Shown: in pieces, positions 1 through 6,399 of the stretch
Layout of the letters: the number at the start of each line of letters is the position of its first letter
How positions within the stretch are numbered: position 1 is the first letter of the stretch
The notes under the pieces: generated by a model
Seen by the model: only the letters and a program-made list of their open reading frames with translations
Told to the model about the DNA's origin: nothing
The model's database searches: none
Assembly (NCBI GenBank): GCA_051382305.1
Contig: JBBCAV010000049.1
Span: 1 to 11,032 of the forward strand
Direction of reading: 5' to 3'
DNA length: 11,032 nt
From: Bdellovibrionota bacterium FG-2
GTDB taxonomy: Bacteria; Bdellovibrionota; UBA1018
Made by a program: the position numbers and the translations under genes

Positions 1-1
1 C

Positions 2-289
2 CCAAGCCCCCCGCACCCCTGGATGGGTGAAGGGCTGGAAGTCGCCCAACGCATTCCCTATTTTGCGTCTGAATTTGCTGCCGATCTGCTCATCAGTGAA
101 CGCGCAAGCTTCCGCTTGAAAAATCCAAGCGCCTTACGGAAAATCACGGACGGGGATCCTTCGATGTTTTCACTTTTTGAGGTACAGCCCCCTGCGGAGC
201 AGCCGGTAGATCAAAACGATGCGTCGGAAACAGCCGCTGAGCTTCCAACAGAAGGTTCTGCGCCCGAGGGCGAGAGTCATTCAATATAA
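2..289 (+). CDS. 3' end of a gene entering from the left edge; probable degenerate class III adenylate/guanylate cyclase domain C-terminus with an acidic tail (partial)
   Basis: Frame is open from position 2 (PSPPHPW-MGEG...) to TAA at 287-289. GEGLEVAQRI...DLLISE...SLFEV resembles the class III cyclase C-terminal pattern GDxVNxAxRL...ILISE...xYEV. The ATG at 23 is probably internal. Confidence 0.5.
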   Translation, partial: PSPPHPWMGEGLEVAQRIPYFASEFAADLLISERASFRLKNPSALRKITDGDPSMFSLFEVQPPAEQPVDQNDASETAAELPTEGSAPEGESHSI

Positions 290-1502
290 GGTGATGGATC
301 ACAACCTCAAAGAGGACCGGATCATAAACCTTCTTGTCGAGGTACTTCAACCCTAGCTTCATAACCGCTAACCCACTCTCGGTCTTGGACCGAATCAATA
401 GATCACAAGCTGCGAAGGTGCCTAACGCCTGATCCTGTGGAGAAAACCGTGCAAGCGTCTTTCGCGCGAGGTCAAACTCTTCGAATTCAACACAAGCTAA
501 GATAATCTCACGAAGTAAATGCGAAAGACCCGCGCACGAAACCGCCGCATCCTGCAAAAATACAATCCCCTTTTTTGGATCAACCCCTCGAAGAAAATAT
601 CGTCCCGCCACGATCAGAGCTGAACACATTTGCAGGGTTAAATCTTTCGCGCGAACAGGCAGATTACAAAATGCCTGATAATAATCTTGTAGATCTTCAA
701 ACTCCTTTAAGCCGACCGTCAGCCTCAAAATCTGATAGAGTCGCTTTGGATTACTGGGAAAATAGGTCGCAATCTTTCGAACCACGAGATAGGCCTCAGC
801 CTCCCGATTTTGTTTCATCAAGATGTCAAATAGTCCCACGAGACACTTATAATGAATTTTGCAGAACTCCAGGCCTTGGCGAAAATCCTGCTCGGCCGCC
901 GTAAGCGTATTTTGAAGAAGCTTCGTCTGCCCCATGTAGAAGTAAGCTAAGGCGGGTTTTGGGTTCAACTCTATCGCCCCATCAAACAGTTGCAATGCAG
1001 TGGTAAAATCACCGACAAAAAGCGCATCTTTTCCCTTCTGGATCAAACTCACATACTCCGAAGGATGAATCTTCGCCATCACCGCCGCCACCAACGCCGA
1101 ACGCAAACCCTTTAGATTAAAAGGCTTGAGAATATAGGCATCCACTTCTTCTTCGGCAGCCTGAGCGATTGCGGTTTGAGAAGTGTTTCCCGTAATTATA
1201 ATAAAGAGACCTTCTTTTTCGGCCTGTACCGCCTTGAGGGCCTCACGCTGCAACTCAATCAAAGACAAACCCGAATGCTCGCCCAGATTAAAATCAGAGA
1301 CCACAATATGCGGGACGACCGAAGGCATCAGTTCTTGCGCTTCTTGCCAAGTGGAAGCCAGGTGAATCAGATCTCCTCGCGCCCCCAACTCATTTAAAGT
1401 CTTCGAAAGCATCGCCCGCGTCGTGGCCCCTTCATTTACGATAAGAATCGATCTCTTTTTCAGATACTTTTGAAATGTAATGAGCTCTTTGGGGGTTGTC
1501 AT
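144..1502 (-). CDS. Response regulator: N-terminal receiver domain plus TPR-like helical region, no DNA-binding domain (452 aa)
   Basis: Receiver motifs SILIVNE, HIVVSD70, IIIT104G and AYILK126PF. These are followed by TPR-like repeats (ALQLFDGAIELNPKPALAYFYMGQ...AAEQDFRQGL). GGAG at 1514-1517 lies upstream of ATG 1502; TGA at 144-146. Confidence 0.88.
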   Translation of the reverse strand: MTTPKELITFQKYLKKRSILIVNEGATTRAMLSKTLNELGARGDLIHLASTWQEAQELMPSVVPHIVVSDFNLGEHSGLSLIELQREALKAVQAEKEGLFIIITGNTSQTAIAQAAEEEVDAYILKPFNLKGLRSALVAAVMAKIHPSEYVSLIQKGKDALFVGDFTTALQLFDGAIELNPKPALAYFYMGQTKLLQNTLTAAEQDFRQGLEFCKIHYKCLVGLFDILMKQNREAEAYLVVRKIATYFPSNPKRLYQILRLTVGLKEFEDLQDYYQAFCNLPVRAKDLTLQMCSALIVAGRYFLRGVDPKKGIVFLQDAAVSCAGLSHLLREIILACVEFEEFDLARKTLARFSPQDQALGTFAACDLLIRSKTESGLAVMKLGLKYLDKKVYDPVLFEVVIHHLILNDSRPRAQNLLLEAQRLFPTHRFDLPAAPQGAVPQKVKTSKDPRP

Positions 1503-1510
1503 CAGAGGAT

Positions 1511-1996
1511 TTACTCCGTTCCTCTCACTTTTTCTAGAAACCGATTAACTTGTTCTTGCTTCTCAGAATAGAGACGAAAAAGCTGATTCCAACATTCCTG
1601 ATCGCCAGACCGCGGCCCCAAATGCGCCAAGTAAATATTTTCGGAGCCTTGGAGTTTCTTTTCAAAATAGGTCACTTTGCATTGAGATTCGAAATAGAAC
1701 AGACGCTTCTCACGGGAGTCATCAGAAAACACCGTAACTTTCAAAACCACCTGGTGCCCGAGCGCGCCAAATTGAACAAGCGAACCTAACACAATGTGAT
1801 CTTCATCAAATTCCAAAATCTCAATCGTCTTAGCCTCTCCGATCGCTAGAGTGTCACTCTCCCGCGGCCCGGGGTGGGCTTCACTTCTTAGAATCTCCGT
1901 TGCAGCCGTAAGATTTTTGAGTTCGAGATCCAAGGTGATTGTGGCAAAATCCTTACGATTGAAAATTCTTTGAGCCAAACCCTTATTCTGTCCCAC
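1511..1996 (-). CDS. Hypothetical cytoplasmic protein, possibly PilZ-like beta-barrel with C-terminal helix (161 aa)
   Basis: GTG start at 1996 with GGGGG 6 nt upstream; overlaps the barrel gene by 14 bp. N-terminal RxxxR (RIFNR), alternating beta-strand pattern (GHQVVLKVTV, FESQCKVTY) and an amphipathic terminal helix (WNQLFRLYSEKQEQVNRFL). The CDS is well supported; the PilZ call is tentative. Confidence 0.65.
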   Translation of the reverse strand: MGQNKGLAQRIFNRKDFATITLDLELKNLTAATEILRSEAHPGPRESDTLAIGEAKTIEILEFDEDHIVLGSLVQFGALGHQVVLKVTVFSDDSREKRLFYFESQCKVTYFEKKLQGSENIYLAHLGPRSGDQECWNQLFRLYSEKQEQVNRFLEKVRGTE

Positions 1997-2708
1997 TGAA
2001 GGCCCCCATCGTAAAACTCACGCCCAAGGTAATCACATCGGTCACATTGGTCCGATTTCCTAAAACAGTGCCAAAATTAGCTCCTGGCACTTTGCCCAAA
2101 AGCGCTTCCTGATAAACCATCATACGATAATCTAGGGTCAGCGAAAACCCCTTATTCAAATGTATTTGTTGGCCCAAGCCTACAAATGGCCCTAGACTCT
2201 TGCCTGACTCCGTGCGTGTCTCACCCACTCCGCCTCTAACATGGAGGTCAAAATAGATAATCATCGCGCCAAAAAGACTCAGCTTCCCATAAAGAAAGTC
2301 TCCGCTTGCTTGCGCACCACAAAACGAGCGCGGAATATTTGTGTTAGCCGTGTACCCTGATGTCGCTTCAAAGGTCTTGAGGGCAGAGGATCCTGAGGCA
2401 AAGTTTTTCCAACAGACAATATGAGTCGAAAAGTATGGACTAAAATAGTAACCCGCTGTTGCCCCTGCGTTGCGCACGAGCAAAAAGGGATCGGTATTAA
2501 CTGTGCCACCAAAAATCCCAAATTCTAACTTTTTTGCGTTCGCATAGGCGCGGTTTTGTACAACCCCTAATTCGGTTTCGTCCGCCTTGGCCCAGTACTT
2601 TTCTTTTATCTTTTCAACCTCAACCACATCAGACTGCTCTTGCGCAGAGGCAAATGGCGGGAGCAGTGACAAAAAGGCACACAACAGGATAAAAAGGCAC
2701 CTATACAT
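1983..2708 (-). CDS. Outer-membrane beta-barrel protein, GltA/GltB/GltH-like myxobacterial/Bdellovibrio OMP family (241 aa)
   Basis: Start reassigned to ATG 2708, with GGAGG at 2715-2719 six nt upstream. This gives a Sec signal peptide MYRCLFILLCAFLSLLPPFASA-QEQ. Family-like motifs VVQNRAY..KKLEFG, DPF, LYGKLSLFG..IIYFD, GLGQQIHLNKGFSLTLDYR and a last strand ITLGVSF. Confidence 0.85.
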   Translation of the reverse strand: MYRCLFILLCAFLSLLPPFASAQEQSDVVEVEKIKEKYWAKADETELGVVQNRAYANAKKLEFGIFGGTVNTDPFLLVRNAGATAGYYFSPYFSTHIVCWKNFASGSSALKTFEATSGYTANTNIPRSFCGAQASGDFLYGKLSLFGAMIIYFDLHVRGGVGETRTESGKSLGPFVGLGQQIHLNKGFSLTLDYRMMVYQEALLGKVPGANFGTVLGNRTNVTDVITLGVSFTMGAFSGTE

Positions 2709-3168
2709 GGAACACCTCCGGCATCGCCACCCAACCCAAAAAACATGTCCATCCATCCACGTCCTTTTCTGCACCCAAGAAAACAACCGCCACCTGAGAC
2801 ACACGCAGTGACGCAACTTCTAATAAGCTTAACGTGAAGCGAGAGTTTATTTTCTTAAGCGTGAGCCGCGACTGAGAATCAACCCGGAAATGGCAGCCCG
2901 TTTTTGAAACCTGCGAAACATTTCCAGGCGCGCAATCCCGCCCATCAAAACACACGGCCCTCACCGCCGTTGCCGGAACGCTCAGCCTATGAGCCTCAAG
3001 ATCGGGCTTCTCAACAGGCTCCGGATCTAAGGGTTTCCAGCCCCTATCCCAAATCCACGAATAGTTTCCCAATTCGCCCGACTCCTTCATTTTGCCAATT
3101 CTCGACACTGTGAACGGCCCGCAGATTCGGCCCGATTTTCCCAGAAAGATTAGTTCGTCTTGCTTCAT
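2701..3168 (-). CDS. GYF_2 (DUF4339)-like N-terminal domain fused to a degenerate PilZ-like domain (155 aa)
   Basis: AGGAGG at 3176-3181 and ATGA overlap with the upstream stop. N-terminus GRICGPFT..I..M..SGEL..YSWIW..GWKPL fits the GYF_2 pattern GPx...LxxGxI...VW..W.P. C-terminal half has GNVSQVSKTGCHF, like the PilZ (D/N)xSxxG strand. No signal peptide or TM helix. Confidence 0.7.
   Translation of the reverse strand: MKQDELIFLGKSGRICGPFTVSRIGKMKESGELGNYSWIWDRGWKPLDPEPVEKPDLEAHRLSVPATAVRAVCFDGRDCAPGNVSQVSKTGCHFRVDSQSRLTLKKINSRFTLSLLEVASLRVSQVAVVFLGAEKDVDGWTCFLGWVAMPEVFHV
2715..2719 (-). promoter_or_regulatory. Shine-Dalgarno GGAGG for the outer-membrane barrel gene
   Basis: cctcc on the plus strand, 6 nt upstream of ATG 2708. 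Confidence 0.8.
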
Positions 3169-4961
3169 AAACGTTCCTCCTCAGCGCCTTGGCAGCCATC
3201 ACGAAGGCGGGCTTGTGCAAAACCCACCTCATCCTCCCATAACTCTGCACCCTCAAGCTCCGATGCCCGAACCACCCCCCAAGACCAATTCGAATCCTTC
3301 GTCTGTCCATAGGTGCGTTTCCGCAGTTCAATTAAATGATTTTGCTCGGGGTGCGCATTTTTCCAAACCAAATCCCGACTTGCTCCACTATAGATTTCAG
3401 TTGCAATCAACTGATTATTCTCGGCGATTTCCTCTAGGAGTGCGAGCATTCTTTCGTTTCTTTCGTGGAAGTGCCCATTGATCAGTGCAATACGGGCTCT
3501 CCGCAACTCCGGAAGACCTTTTTCAAACCGCACAAAAGCGTTTCGCCCCGCGGAGAGCCCCTTAAGGTAACGTTGATAGTGCCGCAAGCTTGTTCTGCAG
3601 GCTTCTGCCGCGATACCAAACTGCGGCGAGAGTACTTCTCCAGCCGCAAGGCGCACGCGTGCCAACCGGTAGTCTTTTATAAAAGTGGTCAACGCCAAGG
3701 TAAGCCCCTTTCTCATCGTCTGTGCCTCCCTCCGCGAATCTGTTGCCAGCTTTTGCCAGCGTATAGGCGCCCCAATGAACTCATTGATTTCTTCTTGGTA
3801 TGACTGAAACACAGAAGAACGAATCCACTCCGAAAGAACCTTCTCAGGAATTTCTGGACGTCCTCGGAGATAATCTACTGCGGTTTTGTAGAACTCCGAC
3901 TGCGCTTTCGTGGGTTGCTTAAGCCAGAGATAGACCGGCCCATAGTCCATCTTAAAAAGCTCAAGACTTGCAAGGGCAAAGGGATACTCGCAAAGCTCAT
4001 TATACGCCATAGCAGACACCATCAGCGATTCAGGCACGAATGTTCGCTTAAGGCAGCCAGAACGCAGTTGATGGGAAACGCCTATGGCCCGACTAAATTG
4101 CCCAGACATCAAGTAGGTCCACGCAAGTTCACCGAGTACCTCTGGAAGTTCATTAGAATTCTTACTGACTTTTTGAAACTCCTGAGCCGCTGATTCATAC
4201 TGCCCCAACGCGTAGTACGAACGAGCAAGCAGCATATGAGAAAGATCCCTTGGCACCGGTGTTGCCTTCAACGTCTGAACCACTGCTCTAGAATCTTTCG
4301 CGCTGGATGCAATGAGCGCCCGTGCAAAATCGTAGTGAAACCCTGCGCCGGATCGTCGCTCGGCCGAATCCACAAGCTCACGGAGCTGAGACTGCGACAT
4401 CCGTTTATTGGATATTACATCCCTCAACCACAAGTCGACAGCCTCGGTATTTTTTCCGCTCATCGCCACCGAATCGCGATTCAAGGCCGTCGGAATTCTT
4501 AGTGCAGGAAATCGCTTCTTTATAAACCCAAGACACTGCAACGCTGCTTGCCGTATCGGCGCCGCTTCTGCGGAGTGACCCTTCACAATTATGGAAAATC
4601 CAAGGTGGGCGAGATGATCCAAGCGCATCTGGTAAAAGACGCGGGCAATCCAATACTTTGCGAACTCCGTGGCCGCCGCGGGATCTGAAGCCTCTGAGCG
4701 CATTGACAACACTTTCAGGAGCGCGACAGCCTCCCCCAATCCCCGCTGGGGAGAGGTTTTGCCGCTTGTGAAACTCCTAAACTCTGAATTCCAGGAGCTA
4801 AGCTCACCGCTTTCTAAAATTCCATTAAAACTGCCTGAGAAATTCCAGTCTTCGGTCACTTCGCAAGGTGCTGAGACCTGGATCGATTGTGCCGCCAAGA
4901 CATGGGCTACAGTCCCCAAAGGTGCAAGATTAGTAATCAACACGAGGATCCAGCTCTTCAT
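3165..4961 (-). CDS. gltC: Exported TPR protein, GltC-like (about 598 aa; alternative GTG start at 4973)
   Basis: Signal-peptide-like N-terminus (MKSWILVLITNLAPLGTVAHVLA-AQ) with GAGG 6 nt before ATG 4961. TPRs such as LLARSYYALGQYESAAQEFQKV. GltC-like blocks ELAWTYLM..AIG..L....F.PES....AMAYNELCEY and the C-terminal W.W....ELWEDEVG.......C. Confidence 0.75.
   Translation of the reverse strand: MKSWILVLITNLAPLGTVAHVLAAQSIQVSAPCEVTEDWNFSGSFNGILESGELSSWNSEFRSFTSGKTSPQRGLGEAVALLKVLSMRSEASDPAAATEFAKYWIARVFYQMRLDHLAHLGFSIIVKGHSAEAAPIRQAALQCLGFIKKRFPALRIPTALNRDSVAMSGKNTEAVDLWLRDVISNKRMSQSQLRELVDSAERRSGAGFHYDFARALIASSAKDSRAVVQTLKATPVPRDLSHMLLARSYYALGQYESAAQEFQKVSKNSNELPEVLGELAWTYLMSGQFSRAIGVSHQLRSGCLKRTFVPESLMVSAMAYNELCEYPFALASLELFKMDYGPVYLWLKQPTKAQSEFYKTAVDYLRGRPEIPEKVLSEWIRSSVFQSYQEEINEFIGAPIRWQKLATDSRREAQTMRKGLTLALTTFIKDYRLARVRLAAGEVLSPQFGIAAEACRTSLRHYQRYLKGLSAGRNAFVRFEKGLPELRRARIALINGHFHERNERMLALLEEIAENNQLIATEIYSGASRDLVWKNAHPEQNHLIELRKRTYGQTKDSNWSWGVVRASELEGAELWEDEVGFAQARLRDGCQGAEEERL
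3176..3181 (-). promoter_or_regulatory. Shine-Dalgarno AGGAGG for the GYF/PilZ-like gene, inside the gltC-like 3' end
   Basis: cctcct on the plus strand, 7 nt upstream of ATG 3168. Confidence 0.8.
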
Positions 4962-4969
4962 AAAACGCC

Positions 4970-6142
4970 TCACTCTCTTTTTACAGTTTTAAAGAGAAAC
5001 GGATAAGAAATAGCAACCACGACACCACCGCGTGGCTTCGGAAATTTCCACTCAAGCATTCGACGAACCACACAAGAACCCACGGTCGCATCTGAAAGGG
5101 TCGTTTCTTTTTCGTGGGCAGCACCCACGGTTCCCTGGGGAACGACTTTGAAATCAATCACGACCTTGCCTTCAAGATGAGACTGCTTGAGGATTGCAGA
5201 CTCATAACAATAACGAACCTCGCTGAGATGTGAATGAATCACTCGTGCGACTTCTTCTTTGGTAAGACCCTCTTCCACTTGCGCTTGCTCCGTATTCAAA
5301 TACACCAAAGATCTTCCCTGCCCACTTACCGAAAGCGCACTGCCCGTGCCTTGCCCATATCCGCTACTGCTGCCGATTTTTTCAACCCCGCCCGCAAGTG
5401 GACTTCCGAGGGCGACCATGCGAAGCATTCCACTCCCCCCTCCTGAAAAACTGGAGGACAGACTTTTCGATGAAGCCAATGCCCGCGAAACTGCTATCAA
5501 CCCTCCACCCACCAGTCGATGCAATGAATGCTGAACACGTAGGCTTCGAATGGCGCGAAGCGCCCGCGAGGAACTGGCGGCATGCGAAGAGCTCGAACTT
5601 TTGAGAATCAGTCTTGCAACTTGTGGCGGAATCAACTCCTCATTGTCTGGCACTTTGAACTTAGGCCCCACGGACCCGAAATTAAACCATAGGGCCAGGA
5701 CTGCCGCCGACAGCCCTAACCCTATTTTAAAGGACTTGTTTTTTGAATCTTCGGAATCCAAAATCGCGTGCCACCTCTTCTTCGCCGCCTGAACTTCAGC
5801 CTGCGCCCCTGAGTCCATTCCCAATGTTGTAGGCATCACTTCTTTAGGCCTGTAGAGCTTCGTAACCCTCAACCGCGCTCGCCCATCAGGAGTAGGAACA
5901 ATAAGGCATTTATGTGCTTGGGCAAGTAAAAGAAGATCTCCTGAGGAGGCCATCCCTTCAGATGACATCATTCTCACGACCACTTTGTTTTCAACTCGCT
6001 CAAGATAGAGCCCACGTGCCGGATCGCAAAAAACGGGGGTTACGCCATCCCAGCGCCAGCTGCGCAGGTCCGCGCCATTACAAACATCTTGCATCTGAAT
6101 GCGGTACTGTTCGACCGAGAGTCTATGATGGGTCCTTTTCAT
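4970..6142 (-). CDS. gltG: Single-pass inner-membrane protein with AgmX/PglI C-terminal (TonB-C-like) domain, GltG-like (390 aa)
   Basis: ATGA overlap at 6139-6142. TM segment about aa 138-158, Ser/Gly-rich linker, then GLTKEEVARVI..HLSEVRYCYE....LEGKVVIDFKV...G.V....TTL....VGSCVV....WKFPKPRGG.VV.ISYPFLF, typical of the AgmX/PglI C-terminal domain. Confidence 0.85.
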   Translation of the reverse strand: MKRTHHRLSVEQYRIQMQDVCNGADLRSWRWDGVTPVFCDPARGLYLERVENKVVVRMMSSEGMASSGDLLLLAQAHKCLIVPTPDGRARLRVTKLYRPKEVMPTTLGMDSGAQAEVQAAKKRWHAILDSEDSKNKSFKIGLGLSAAVLALWFNFGSVGPKFKVPDNEELIPPQVARLILKSSSSSHAASSSRALRAIRSLRVQHSLHRLVGGGLIAVSRALASSKSLSSSFSGGGSGMLRMVALGSPLAGGVEKIGSSSGYGQGTGSALSVSGQGRSLVYLNTEQAQVEEGLTKEEVARVIHSHLSEVRYCYESAILKQSHLEGKVVIDFKVVPQGTVGAAHEKETTLSDATVGSCVVRRMLEWKFPKPRGGVVVAISYPFLFKTVKRE

Positions 6143-6399
6143 GGAGCGCCCCCAAGCCGCTCCACCAATAATTGGTTTTCAGAATGGAAACTTTTTCTTT
6201 TTCGATAGAGATGCTTTCGTTTCGCCCGCTGCTGCTCTTGGGAAACATGATTGAGAGAATCGAGAGGTTGCTTATTGATCCCTTCAATCAACTCTCCGTC
6301 GAAATCGATAACTTTATGACTCTGCGATGCGCTTTCAGAAGCTGCCCCACTCGCCAAGGTTAACAAGAGCGATAGGGTAATGACGAATAGAGTTCTCAC
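6139..6399 (-). CDS. gltF: Small exported protein, GltF-like (86 aa)
   Basis: Start reassigned to GTG 6399 (GTGA overlap with the TPR gene stop; GAGGGGG upstream), giving signal peptide MRTLFVITLSLLLTLASGA. Motifs IDFDGELIEG.NKQP and HLYRKRKSF..E resemble GltF. Its position between GltD-like and GltG-like genes fits the known order gltD-(E)-F-G. Confidence 0.72.
   Translation of the reverse strand: MRTLFVITLSLLLTLASGAASESASQSHKVIDFDGELIEGINKQPLDSLNHVSQEQQRAKRKHLYRKRKSFHSENQLLVERLGGAP

Noticed and set aside
1511-1994. Two adjacent proteins both end in GTE
   Set aside because: The codons differ, and one ending is constrained by a gene overlap; likely coincidence.
2679-2708. Possible lipoprotein signal in the barrel protein (Cys4, Cys10)
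   Set aside because: No L-[AS]-[GA]-C lipobox; an ASA-Q signal peptidase I site is present.
2709-2816. 36-aa N-terminal extension of the barrel ORF in the ORF track
   Set aside because: It overlaps the upstream gene by more than 100 bp and buries the signal peptide; ATG 2708 has a well-spaced GGAGG.
5543-5561. Short inverted repeat gcttcg...cgaagc
   Set aside because: A 6-bp stem inside a CDS with no U-tract is expected by chance.
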